64,000 nt of DNA from a virus (lineage: Duplodnaviria > Caudoviricetes): positions 32,001 through 96,000 of IMG/VR virus record IMGVR_UViG_3300032334_001433; one strand, given 5' to 3'. Below the pieces are notes generated by a model. It was not told the DNA's origin. It searched no databases and saw nothing but the letters and a program-made list of their open reading frames with translations. Both the position numbers and the translations under genes were made by a program. Positions 1 to 9,144 of the stretch are shown here, piece after piece. The stretch's first letter is position 1; each line of letters starts with the position of its first letter.

Positions 1-546
1 ATCCGAAAAATTGAACAACTGTCTGATAAGTATAAAAACACGTTAAAAACATCTGAACCCAGATTGGTCATTCCTTTCTATGACCAGGATGGTTTATTAG
101 TAGGAGTAACTTGTAGAGCATTGAGAAATGAATCTTTGAGGTATGTTACTATTAAAATTAATGATGAAAAGCCTTTTATCTTTGGGCTTGACTTCGTCGA
201 TAAAAAGAAAAAGGTTTATGTAGTTGAAGGTCCTATTGATAGTTTGTTTATTCCAAATTGTATTGCAGTTGCAGGTACTGCATTTGGTAAGTTGGATAGC
301 TTAGGTATTCCAAAAGAGAATCTAGTTGTCATTTTTGATAATCAGCCAAGGAATAAAGAAGTTTGTAAGATCATTGACAAAGCTATCAATAGCAATTATA
401 ATACTGTTATATGGCCTCAGACTTTGGAAGAAAAAGATATTAATGATATCGTATTAACGGGCAAGGATCCGTTTAAATTGATTACAAAGAACATATATAA
501 TGGTCTAGAAGCAAAAATGAAATTCGTATCATGGAAAAGGTGTTAA
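1..546 (+). CDS. 61: DNA primase (T4 gp61-like), 3' part; ORF open from window start
   Basis: TOPRIM motifs VVEGPIDSLF and IFDNQPRN, C-terminal KDINDIVL; frame is open upstream of position 64. Confidence 0.9.
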   Translation: MRKIEQLSDKYKNTLKTSEPRLVIPFYDQDGLLVGVTCRALRNESLRYVTIKINDEKPFIFGLDFVDKKKKVYVVEGPIDSLFIPNCIAVAGTAFGKLDSLGIPKENLVVIFDNQPRNKEVCKIIDKAINSNYNTVIWPQTLEEKDINDIVLTGKDPFKLITKNIYNGLEAKMKFVSWKRC

Positions 547-1218
547 ATGAAAGTTAAATTAATCTCAAATTCGAAACCATCTAGAGATATGGTGGCTGAA
601 GGAATTTATGAAATTGAAGATTTGGTATCGTTTTGTGCAAGGGTATCAAATCCATCCAATCAATATAATTTAGAAACTGCGGACAAATTAATTAAATATC
701 TAATTAAGCACCAGCATTGGTCTCCGCTTGAAATGGTTAGTGTATGTTTAGAGATTACTACAACACGAGATATTGCTAGACAGATTTTACGTCATCGTAG
801 TTTCTCATTCCAAGAATTTAGTCAGCGTTATGCAGACCCAACTAAAGAATTGGATTTTGAGGTAAGAGAAGCAAGAATGCAGGATCCAAAGAATCGTCAA
901 AATTCTATTGAGACTGAAGATACAGAATTAAATAAAATGTGGCAAGCTAAACAAAGAGATCTTATTGCAGAAGCAAGACGAACTTATATTTGGGCAGTTA
1001 CTAATGGTATTGCTAAAGAACAAGCCAGAGCAATATTGCCCGAAGGTTTAACAGTTAGCCGACTTTATATGAATGGAACCTTGAGGTCTTGGATACATTA
1101 TATAATCCTACGTGCTAGCAATGGCACACAAAAAGAACATGCTGAAATTGCACTAGCATGCGCTCAAGTAATTGCAGATATTTTTCCGTTGACTAAGGAA
1201 CTTGTAAATGAACAGTAA
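547..1218 (+). CDS. thyX: Flavin-dependent thymidylate synthase
   Basis: ThyX motif RHRSFSFQEFSQRY, HQHWSPLE, QARAILP. Confidence 0.97.
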   Translation: MKVKLISNSKPSRDMVAEGIYEIEDLVSFCARVSNPSNQYNLETADKLIKYLIKHQHWSPLEMVSVCLEITTTRDIARQILRHRSFSFQEFSQRYADPTKELDFEVREARMQDPKNRQNSIETEDTELNKMWQAKQRDLIAEARRTYIWAVTNGIAKEQARAILPEGLTVSRLYMNGTLRSWIHYIILRASNGTQKEHAEIALACAQVIADIFPLTKELVNEQ

Positions 1219-1585
1219 TGATGACGTTAAAACATTTATGCTTGCAGGCGAGCAAAAAGTTTATATTAATCCAGCAATTACAGATGATAGAACCAATCAA
1301 GCAGAATTATATTTAAAATTAGTGACAGAAGAATACAATGAATTAATTGAAGCATTTCGCAATAATGATCTTATTGAAATTGCAGATGCTTGTGCAGATT
1401 TAAAATGGGTAATCGAAGGACTTGAACATTCTTTAGGCATTCCGCAACAATCAGTTTGGGATGAGGTGTCTAGATCAAATATGTCTAAGATGGTTGATGG
1501 AAAATTAATAAAAAGAGCAGACGGCAAGGTGTTAAAGCCCGACACGTTTGTACAACCAAACATAAAAAAAGCATTGGGGATTTAA
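1208..1585 (+). CDS. MazG-like/PRA-PH-type NTP pyrophosphohydrolase
   Basis: EEYNEL...EIADACADL acidic helices, VSRSNMSK, RADGKVLKP. Confidence 0.85.
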   Translation: MNSNDDVKTFMLAGEQKVYINPAITDDRTNQAELYLKLVTEEYNELIEAFRNNDLIEIADACADLKWVIEGLEHSLGIPQQSVWDEVSRSNMSKMVDGKLIKRADGKVLKPDTFVQPNIKKALGI

Positions 1586-2302
1586 ATGTGGTTACTGAAT
1601 TTCGTACCTGATATCATATTTCACGCTATATTGATAGCTGGGATAATGGTATTTCTTGTTTCTTTTCTTTTAAGATTTATTCCATTCTTTAGAACATACG
1701 GTGCACTTATTCAATTTGGTTCAGTAATATTAATTGCATTTGGCGTATGGTTTGAAGGTGCAATGAGTAATCAAGCAGAATGGGAAGCTAAAGTAGTAGA
1801 AATGGAAGTCAAGGTTGCTGAAGCTCAAGCAAAATCTGAAAAGACAAATACTGAAATTGTTACACAAGTTGTAGAGAAAACAAAAGTTATCCACGAAAAA
1901 GGTAAGAACATTATTAATTACGTAGATAGAGAAGTCGTTAAAGATAAAGAAGTAATTAAGTTTGTAGAGAATTGTCCAATCCCTAGCGTAATTGTAAAAG
2001 CACACAACGCAGGTGCATTGAATCAACCTATTGAAATTGTTAAAGCGCCCGAACCTGCTGCATCTGCAGTACCAGCACCAAAAATAGAATCTAAAACTCA
2101 AGACCCAGTAAAAACTGTTGCAACTGTAACAACTTGGGCAAATATTAGACCAACCAAAGATAGTTCAAGCGAAAAAATTGAAAAGCTAGCACCATACACT
2201 AAGATAGAAATTATTCGTTTGGAAGGCAACTATGCTTTTGTTAAATCAAATAAAGAAGGTTGGATAGGTAAAGAATTTATCTCCATAGAGAAAAAAGGAT
2301 AA
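1586..2302 (+). CDS. Putative i-spanin (Rz-like) with C-terminal SH3b-like domain
   Basis: N-terminal TM helices, coiled coil AEWEAKVVEMEVKVAEAQAK, Pro/Ala linker, SH3b-like ANIRPTK...EGWIGKEFI; directly upstream of a lipoprotein. Confidence 0.65.
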   Translation: MWLLNFVPDIIFHAILIAGIMVFLVSFLLRFIPFFRTYGALIQFGSVILIAFGVWFEGAMSNQAEWEAKVVEMEVKVAEAQAKSEKTNTEIVTQVVEKTKVIHEKGKNIINYVDREVVKDKEVIKFVENCPIPSVIVKAHNAGALNQPIEIVKAPEPAASAVPAPKIESKTQDPVKTVATVTTWANIRPTKDSSSEKIEKLAPYTKIEIIRLEGNYAFVKSNKEGWIGKEFISIEKKG

Positions 2303-2305
2303 GTA

Positions 2306-2572
2306 ATGAAATATCTAATAATTTGTTTGGCAATGTTTCTTGTTGGATGTGCTACAACTGTTCCAGTAGTTGCAAAATTTCCTACAGCACCCGAAGTATT
2401 AACAGAAAAATGCGCAGCACTAAAAACAATTGAGGGCGAGAATATTAGTATAATTGAATATACTAAAACAGTAATAGCGAACTATACATTGCATTATGAA
2501 TGTGTGGCGAAAAATGATGCTTGGATTGAATGGTATAACAAGCAAAAATCTATCTTTGAAGAAGTAAAATAA
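2306..2572 (+). CDS. Putative o-spanin (Rz1-like lipoprotein)
   Basis: Signal peptide with lipobox LVGC, Pro-rich segment, two Cys; follows i-spanin-like gene. Confidence 0.75.
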   Translation: MKYLIICLAMFLVGCATTVPVVAKFPTAPEVLTEKCAALKTIEGENISIIEYTKTVIANYTLHYECVAKNDAWIEWYNKQKSIFEEVK

Positions 2573-2592
2573 CAACTGGAGTAAGAAAAAAT

Positions 2593-4413
2593 ATGTCGCA
2601 AGAAATTGTACATGGTATTAATGTAGATTATACAAGAGATAATCTATTTGATGAACTAGGAATTAAAAGATTAAAAGAAAGTTACATGAAAGATGACGAA
2701 AAATCTCCACAGGAAAGATTCGCATTTGTATCGTCGTCGTTTGGTTCGAACAATGCACACGCTCAAAGATTATATGATTACTCTTCTAAGCATTGGTTGT
2801 CTTATTCCACTCCCATTCTTTCTTTTGGTCGTAGTAAGCGTGGGCTCCCTATTTCGTGTTTTCTACCATATCTTGATGATTCCGCAGAGGGTTTGGTTAA
2901 TACATTATCGGAAGTAAATTGGCTCAGTATGTTGGGCGGAGGAGTTGGTCTTGGTATTGGAATTCGTTCTTCTGATGATAAATCTGTTGGTGTCATGCCT
3001 CATCTTCGCACATATGACGCATCCAGCCTCGCGTATAGGCAAGGAAGGACTCGCCGCGGTAGTTATGCTGCATACCTTGACATTTCTCATCCTGACATTT
3101 TAATGTTCTTGGATATGAGAAAGCCAACAGGTGATCCAAATATGCGAGCATTGAATCTACATCATGGAATTAATATCACTGATGATTTTATGCACATTAT
3201 TGAAAAGTGCATGATGGATCCTACTGCTAATGATGATTGGCAATTAAAAGATCCTCACGATGGCGCTGTTCGTGAAATTGTATCCGCAAAAGAATTATGG
3301 CAACGTATTCTTGAGATGCGTATGCAGACAGGCGAACCATACCTACATTTTATTGATACCAGCAATCGCATGATGCCAGAGTTTCAAAAGAAACTTGGAT
3401 TGAGTATTAAACAAAGTAACCTATGTTCTGAAATTATTTTACCAACAGATAAAGAACGAACCGCAGTATGTTGTCTATCATCTTTAAACTTAGAATACTA
3501 TGATGATTGGAAAAATGAACCGCAATTCCTTAAGGATGTTGCTGAAATGCTTGATAATGTTCTGCAGTATTTTATTGATAACGCACCATCTGCAATAGCT
3601 AGAGCAACTTATTCTGCTACCCGTGAACGTTCTATTGGTATTGGTGCATTGGGTTGGCACGCATATCTGCAAAAAAATAATTTGCCATGGGAATCTGCAA
3701 TGGCAGTAGGCGCTAATCATAAAATCTTTAAGCATATTCGTGAAGGTTTAGATGATGCAAACATTGCAATAGGAAAAGAAAGAGGCGAGGCACCTGATGC
3801 TGCTGGTACAGGTAAAAGATTTAGCCATATGATGGCAATTGCACCCAATGCATCATCTTCTATTATTATGGGCAATACTTCTCCATCTATTGAACCTTTA
3901 AGAGCAAATGCCTATAGACAAGATACATTATCAGGTTCTTCTTTAAATAAGAATAAATGGCTTGATAAAGTTATCATGGCATACTTGTCGCCAAATGATA
4001 CTCCATTGACGCCAAAAGGTGAGCAAGAATATGCAGACATTTGGTCTTCTATTATTGCGAATGATGGCAGTGTTCAACATCTAACATGGATGGATGATTG
4101 GACTAAAGATGTATTTAAGACATCTATGGAAATTGACCAACGATGGGTTGTGCAGCATGCGTCAGATCGTCAACAATATATTGACCAAGCACAATCGGTT
4201 AATCTATTCTTCAGACCAGATAGCAATGTGATGTATATTCATGCTGTTCACTTCCAAGCATGGAAACAAGGATTGAAAACACTTTACTATTGCCGCTCTG
4301 AAAAGATTGGTAAAGCAGATAAAGTGTCTAAGAGAATTGAAAGAAAAGTGATGGAAGAATTAGATATGAAAACTTTAGCTTCTGAAGAAGTTTGTTTAGC
4401 TTGTGAGGGATAA
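2593..4413 (+). CDS. nrdA: Class I ribonucleotide reductase alpha subunit (short, no evident ATP cone)
   Basis: PISCFL, SNLCSE, IAPNASSS, KTLYYCRS, C-terminal CLAC. Confidence 0.97.
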   Translation: MSQEIVHGINVDYTRDNLFDELGIKRLKESYMKDDEKSPQERFAFVSSSFGSNNAHAQRLYDYSSKHWLSYSTPILSFGRSKRGLPISCFLPYLDDSAEGLVNTLSEVNWLSMLGGGVGLGIGIRSSDDKSVGVMPHLRTYDASSLAYRQGRTRRGSYAAYLDISHPDILMFLDMRKPTGDPNMRALNLHHGINITDDFMHIIEKCMMDPTANDDWQLKDPHDGAVREIVSAKELWQRILEMRMQTGEPYLHFIDTSNRMMPEFQKKLGLSIKQSNLCSEIILPTDKERTAVCCLSSLNLEYYDDWKNEPQFLKDVAEMLDNVLQYFIDNAPSAIARATYSATRERSIGIGALGWHAYLQKNNLPWESAMAVGANHKIFKHIREGLDDANIAIGKERGEAPDAAGTGKRFSHMMAIAPNASSSIIMGNTSPSIEPLRANAYRQDTLSGSSLNKNKWLDKVIMAYLSPNDTPLTPKGEQEYADIWSSIIANDGSVQHLTWMDDWTKDVFKTSMEIDQRWVVQHASDRQQYIDQAQSVNLFFRPDSNVMYIHAVHFQAWKQGLKTLYYCRSEKIGKADKVSKRIERKVMEELDMKTLASEEVCLACEG

Positions 4414-4414
4414 T

Positions 4415-4663
4415 ATGAAGATTTATAGATTTACCGCATCATGGTGCCAGCCATGTAAAGCAATGGCAAAGATATTAGAAGGTGCAAACACAGGTAATAT
4501 TCCAATTGAAGTAGTTGATATTGATGTATTTCCTGATGTGGCTGCAGAATATAGAATACGTAGTGTACCTACATTAGTAATGGTAAATGAAGATGGACAA
4601 GCATTGAAAACAATCGTTGGTGTAAAATCTGAAACAATTTTAAAGGAGTGGTTAAATGATTAA
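4415..4663 (+). CDS. trx: Thioredoxin
   Basis: WCQPC active site, IRSVPTL; ATG 4415 preceded by GAGG. Confidence 0.92.
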   Translation: MKIYRFTASWCQPCKAMAKILEGANTGNIPIEVVDIDVFPDVAAEYRIRSVPTLVMVNEDGQALKTIVGVKSETILKEWLND

Positions 4664-5642
4664 GAAAGCTTCTAGTAGATTGACTGACGAAAGACAATCA
4701 TTTAAACCATTTAACTATCCATGGGCATATGATGCTTGGTTGAAGCATGAGCAATCTCACTGGCTTCATACAGAAGTACCTATGTTGGAAGATGTTAAGG
4801 ATTGGAAAAACAAACTAACAGATTCCGAAAAACATTTTCTTACTAACATTTTCCGTTTCTTTACTCAAGGTGATATTGACGTTGCTGGCGGCTATGTAAA
4901 TAATTACTTGCCCTACTTCCCACAACCTGAAGTACGAATGATGTTATTAGGATTTGCTGCAAGAGAAGCATTGCACATTGCAGCATATTCCCATCTTATC
5001 GAATCACTTGGTATGCCAGAAAGCACATACAATGAGTTTATGGAATATCAGGAAATGAAGGACAAGCATGAGTATGTGTTGGATTTATCCCAAAAGAACT
5101 CGACAAAAGAGAATACAGCAACGCACATCGCAGTATTCTCAGCATTCACCGAAGGTATGCAATTGTTTAGTTCTTTCATTATGTTATTGAACTTTCCACG
5201 TAATGGAAACATGAAAGGCATGGGTCAAATTGTTACTTGGTCTATTGTAGATGAAACAATGCACGCTGAGAACATGATTAAGTTGTTTAGAACATATATC
5301 GAAGAGAACAAAGAAATTTGGAACGATGATCTAAAAGGCAAAATTTATTCTATTGCTGAAAAGATGGTTGAGCTTGAAGATAAGTTTATTGATCTAGCAT
5401 TTAGCATGGGTGAGATGAAAAATCTTACATCCGAAGAAGTCAAAAAGTATATTCGTTATATTGCTGATCGTAGATTAATTTCATTAGGTCTAAAAGGCAT
5501 CTTTAAAGTTAAACGTAATCCATTGCCGTGGGTTGAGGAAATGATTAATGCTCCTACACATACTAATTTCTTTGAGCAACGTGTAACTGATTATGCTAAA
5601 GGATCCTTGTCTGGTTCATGGGAAGAGGTCTGGGCAAAATGA
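4656..5642 (+). CDS. nrdB: Ribonucleotide reductase beta subunit
   Basis: FFTQGD, EALHIAAYS, DETMH di-iron ligands, NFFEQRVTDY tail. Confidence 0.97.
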   Translation: MIKKASSRLTDERQSFKPFNYPWAYDAWLKHEQSHWLHTEVPMLEDVKDWKNKLTDSEKHFLTNIFRFFTQGDIDVAGGYVNNYLPYFPQPEVRMMLLGFAAREALHIAAYSHLIESLGMPESTYNEFMEYQEMKDKHEYVLDLSQKNSTKENTATHIAVFSAFTEGMQLFSSFIMLLNFPRNGNMKGMGQIVTWSIVDETMHAENMIKLFRTYIEENKEIWNDDLKGKIYSIAEKMVELEDKFIDLAFSMGEMKNLTSEEVKKYIRYIADRRLISLGLKGIFKVKRNPLPWVEEMINAPTHTNFFEQRVTDYAKGSLSGSWEEVWAK

Positions 5643-5815
5643 GCAATGAAAAGGTGATAACGTTCGTAGATAAAAGACGAGCAATTTGTAATGAATGTGA
5701 GTTTAAAGAAAAGATTATTGGCGCAGACATTTGTTCAAAATGTGGATGTGCTATATGGGGTAAGGTGAGATTGAGCGGACAAAAATGTCCAGAAGGAAAA
5801 TGGCATGCCGAATAA
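5639..5815 (+). CDS. Small Cys-rich (Zn-binding) hypothetical protein
   Basis: CNEC...CSKCGC...CPEGKW; ATG overlaps nrdB stop. Confidence 0.7.
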   Translation: MSNEKVITFVDKRRAICNECEFKEKIIGADICSKCGCAIWGKVRLSGQKCPEGKWHAE

Positions 5816-6272
5816 ATTTGATGATGCACATATGAAGGTTGCAGAGACCTATGCTAAGTTATCTTCTGCAGGTAGATTGAAGGTTGGAGCAATTATTGTT
5901 AAAGATGATAGAATCATTAGCATTGGGTACAATGGTACACCTGCTGGTTGGGATAATGCGTGTGAGGATATAACTTCAGAAGATTCTTCGTATATAATTG
6001 ATCCTGGCGGTCCGGAATATCAAATGCGGGTAATTGGTACAAAGACAAAACCAGAAGTTATCCATGCTGAAATGAATGCTATTGGTAAACTTGCTAAATC
6101 TGCAGAGTCTGGTAATCAGGCAACAATGTACATCACCCATGCGCCATGTTTTGAATGTGCTAAGCTTATACATATTGCAGGTATAAAGAAAGTATTTTAT
6201 CGCGAGCAATATAGAAGCACCGAAGGTTTAGAATTTTTAAATAAATGTACTATTGATGTGGAGAAGATATGA
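5805..6272 (+). CDS. cd: dCMP deaminase
   Basis: GYNGTP, HAEMNAI, PCFECAK zinc motifs. Confidence 0.95.
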   Translation: MPNKFDDAHMKVAETYAKLSSAGRLKVGAIIVKDDRIISIGYNGTPAGWDNACEDITSEDSSYIIDPGGPEYQMRVIGTKTKPEVIHAEMNAIGKLAKSAESGNQATMYITHAPCFECAKLIHIAGIKKVFYREQYRSTEGLEFLNKCTIDVEKI

Positions 6273-6769
6273 AAACAGAAAATTTAAGAATTGGTTTTGT
6301 TGCATCAACTTTTGATTTGTTCCACGCAGGGCATGTCATTATGCTTGAAGAAGCAAAGAGACAATGCGATTATTTAATTGCAGCAATACAACTTGATCCT
6401 ACATTGGATCGTCCAACAAAGAATAAACCTGTACAATCTATTATTGAAAGACAGATTCAAGTTTCATCATGCAAACACGTTGATGAGATTATTGTTTATT
6501 CTACAGAAAAAGAACTTGAAGATATTTTAATGTCATTGCCAATAGACGTTAGAATATTGGGAGAGGAATATAAAGACAAAGAGTTTACTGGCAAAGACAT
6601 TTGCATTAAACGTAAAATAGATCTATACTATAATAAAAGAGATCACTTCTTTAGCTCGTCTGACCTTCGTCTAAGAGTTTACGAAGCAGAATCAAAGAAA
6701 CGAGGAGAACCCGAGGCATGCCAAAAAGCAAACACGAATGCGTCGAATGTGACGCAATCTTCACGATAA
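6269..6769 (+). CDS. Cytidylyltransferase (TagD-like)
   Basis: FDLFHAGH (HxGH) and terminal SSS-type motif FSSSDLR. Confidence 0.88.
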   Translation: MKTENLRIGFVASTFDLFHAGHVIMLEEAKRQCDYLIAAIQLDPTLDRPTKNKPVQSIIERQIQVSSCKHVDEIIVYSTEKELEDILMSLPIDVRILGEEYKDKEFTGKDICIKRKIDLYYNKRDHFFSSSDLRLRVYEAESKKRGEPEACQKANTNASNVTQSSR

Positions 6770-6873
6770 GCCATCAACTAGATGAGACTTATTATGAGGT
6801 AACAAACTGTCCTTTCTGCGGTGCAGAAATAGAACATGATGACCAGGACGATGACGACGAAGAATTGTCCTAA
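6718..6873 (+). CDS. Zn-ribbon protein, 51 aa (not in ORF track)
   Basis: Manual translation MPKSKHECVECDAIF...CPFCGAEIEHDDQDDDDEELS; GAGG upstream. Confidence 0.75.
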   Translation: MPKSKHECVECDAIFTISHQLDETYYEVTNCPFCGAEIEHDDQDDDDEELS

Positions 6874-7189
6874 ATGTGGTATCGAACATAAAAAGCCTGG
6901 GAAATTTTGTTCCCGGGCTTGTGCCAATTCCAGAGAATGGAAAGATGAGCATAAACAACTATTCTCTGAACGGCAAGCAGCCTACATGGCAAGAGAAGAA
7001 TCTGAAGAACACAGAGCAAAGAAATCTATTCAAACCAAAATGCTTGTTAAAGCTGGCATTATGGGAACAGGAGAAGCGACGGAAGATCCTGAAGATGTGA
7101 TGACAAACCCGGATGATTATTTCTTTGTTCCTCCAAGGGATGAGGGTGATAGTTTTTCTGATGGAAATGACTATTGGGAGACCGTATAA
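6851..7189 (+). CDS. Zn-finger hypothetical protein
   Basis: CPKCG...FCSRAC motif. Confidence 0.7.
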   Translation: MTTKNCPKCGIEHKKPGKFCSRACANSREWKDEHKQLFSERQAAYMAREESEEHRAKKSIQTKMLVKAGIMGTGEATEDPEDVMTNPDDYFFVPPRDEGDSFSDGNDYWETV

Positions 7190-7192
7190 ATA
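7185..7192 (+). promoter_or_regulatory. T4-type late promoter TATAAATA
   Basis: Exact T4 late consensus 21 nt upstream of ORF 7214. Confidence 0.6.
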
Positions 7193-7213
7193 CTAATTTA
7201 AATTGGTATTTAA

Positions 7214-7615
7214 ATGTGGTTATATAAGAACAAAGAATTAGAAGTAATTCCAGATGATGCATATGGGTATGTTTATCTGATTACTAACACTATTACTAAT
7301 CGTAGATATATAGGTAAAAAACTATTTTGGTTTAGAAAAACTAAAGTAGTTAAAGGTAAAAAGAAAAGATTAAAGGTAGAATCAGATTGGAGAGATTATT
7401 GGTCTTCATCTGATGAGTTAAAAGCTGATGTATTAAAGCACGGCGAAGATAATTTTGTTAGAGAAATATTGCATATATGTCCAAATAAAGGATTATGCAA
7501 TTACCTTGAAGCTAGGGAGCAGATGGATAGGAGAGTATTGGAATCGGAAGATTATTATAACGGTCAGATACAATGCAGAATTCATCGTACTCATATTAAA
7601 AACTTAAAAAGTTAA
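7214..7615 (+). CDS. GIY-YIG domain protein (Seg-like catalytic domain only)
   Basis: YGYVYLITN...RYIGKK, YWSS, YLEAREQ, YYNGQI. Confidence 0.85.
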   Translation: MWLYKNKELEVIPDDAYGYVYLITNTITNRRYIGKKLFWFRKTKVVKGKKKRLKVESDWRDYWSSSDELKADVLKHGEDNFVREILHICPNKGLCNYLEAREQMDRRVLESEDYYNGQIQCRIHRTHIKNLKS

Positions 7616-7625
7616 AGGGGACAAA

Positions 7626-7742
7626 ATGTTAGATACCTTATTTTGGATAGGAATTGGCGCATTCGTTGGTTGGAATTTTCCTCAACCTTTTTGGGCAAAA
7701 GCAATTCAAGCAAAGATGCAAGAAACGTTTAGCAAAAAATGA
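7626..7742 (+). CDS. Small membrane protein, 38 aa (not in ORF track)
   Basis: MLDTLFWIGIGAFVGWNFPQPFWAK...; AGGGG upstream; stop overlaps next ATG. Confidence 0.7.
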   Translation: MLDTLFWIGIGAFVGWNFPQPFWAKAIQAKMQETFSKK

Positions 7743-8389
7743 AACCGACAATTGCTATTTTTGTAAAACATCCAGAATGCTCATTGGATTCTGCGAATGG
7801 TATAAGAATAGCATTGTCTTCAGAATATAATGTTAGAACATTTTCAGTAGGTGATATTAAACCTAGTTTGTTTAAGGGTTTAGATGTTATTGCTTTTCCT
7901 GGCGGTATAGGAGATGCAGACAAATATTATAATTTTATTGGTCGCAAAGCCGGCAATATGATTGAAGATTTTATTGACGATGGCGGACATTATCTTGGCA
8001 TTTGTATGGGTGCTTATTGGGCAGGCCATCATTACTTGGATATACTAGACGGAGTAAAATGCGAACAGTATATAAAAAGAAAAACCAGCGATATAAAACG
8101 CAGTTACAGTACAATCGCAACTGTCAATTGGAATGGGCAATCAGAAGATATGTTCTTTTATGATGGGTGCGCATTAATTGGTGACGAGAGAAAATTTAAA
8201 ACTATTGCTCGATATTGTAATGGTGATCCAATGGCAATAATTCAAAATAGAATAGGTATCATAGGTTGCCATCCTGAGAGCACCAAACACTGGTACGAAA
8301 AACCCTACGAATACATTAATAAATATTGGCACAAGGGATCTCATCACGATCTATTATTAGATTTTACTAATACACTAATACAAAAATGA
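7739..8389 (+). CDS. Class I glutamine-amidotransferase-like (BPL_N-type) protein
   Basis: FPGG oxyanion strand, nucleophile elbow GICMGAY, HPE catalytic motif. Confidence 0.8.
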   Translation: MKPTIAIFVKHPECSLDSANGIRIALSSEYNVRTFSVGDIKPSLFKGLDVIAFPGGIGDADKYYNFIGRKAGNMIEDFIDDGGHYLGICMGAYWAGHHYLDILDGVKCEQYIKRKTSDIKRSYSTIATVNWNGQSEDMFFYDGCALIGDERKFKTIARYCNGDPMAIIQNRIGIIGCHPESTKHWYEKPYEYINKYWHKGSHHDLLLDFTNTLIQK

Positions 8390-9144
8390 TAATTACCGGC
8401 GGAATAGTTTTAACTCAAGGTATGTTGCTCGCGCCAGGGCCTTTGCCTGCAAGTATAAGTGCGCCATTAGTATTTGATTTGGATGCTGCTAATTTTTCTG
8501 CAGCACCGATCACTGGTTCAAAAGATGCTACAGGAACTTATACACTAACAGTGAATAATTCAAGTTCTACAATTGGTTGGAGTAGCAGCAATGGAGGTAT
8601 GTTTACCAAAAGCGCTAGCATAGCAACAGATAATATTGTAGTAGGCCCCAATACTACTAATGCAAATTATTCCGTATTCATGGCATATCAACCACAAAAC
8701 ATTTCTAGTGGTGGGCAAGGGCGAATATTATCTACAAACTCTGGACAAGATTGGTTACTAGGAACCTATGCGCCTGCTCCGGGAAGCGGAACAGTTTATA
8801 TGAATGTATACTACCCAGGCAGTGAGGTTTGGTTATCGCACGATCCTGCAGATGCAAACTGGCATTTTATCTGGGCAACATATAATTATACTACCGGTGT
8901 TGCAAATCTTTATATTGCATCATCTACAGTTAATAATACAATAGGGCCAACTGCAGTATATAAAACAACAACTTTTTCTGCCAGTAGTAATAGAGGATTT
9001 AATCAGTTTCTACTATGGTGCAGACCAGGGCCAAGCGAACCGGGTCAAGCAAATATTGGTTTTATTAAATCATATAGCGGGCCATTAACACTTACAGATA
9101 TACAAAATCTTTGGTCTCAATATCATAATAGATTTGGAATTTAA
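8386..9144 (+). CDS. LamG/concanavalin-A-like putative virion protein
   Basis: FDLDAAN start of domain, WHFIWATY...LYI beta strands, Ser/Thr/Gly rich. Confidence 0.65.
   Translation: MIITGGIVLTQGMLLAPGPLPASISAPLVFDLDAANFSAAPITGSKDATGTYTLTVNNSSSTIGWSSSNGGMFTKSASIATDNIVVGPNTTNANYSVFMAYQPQNISSGGQGRILSTNSGQDWLLGTYAPAPGSGTVYMNVYYPGSEVWLSHDPADANWHFIWATYNYTTGVANLYIASSTVNNTIGPTAVYKTTTFSASSNRGFNQFLLWCRPGPSEPGQANIGFIKSYSGPLTLTDIQNLWSQYHNRFGI

Noticed and set aside
547-5642. Inteins or group I introns in thyX, nrdA, nrdB
   Set aside because: All are contiguous and of normal or short length with no splicing motifs.
7214-7615. Mobile homing endonuclease or intron
   Set aside because: Only the catalytic GIY-YIG domain is present, with no DNA-binding extensions, and it interrupts no gene; kept as an ordinary CDS.
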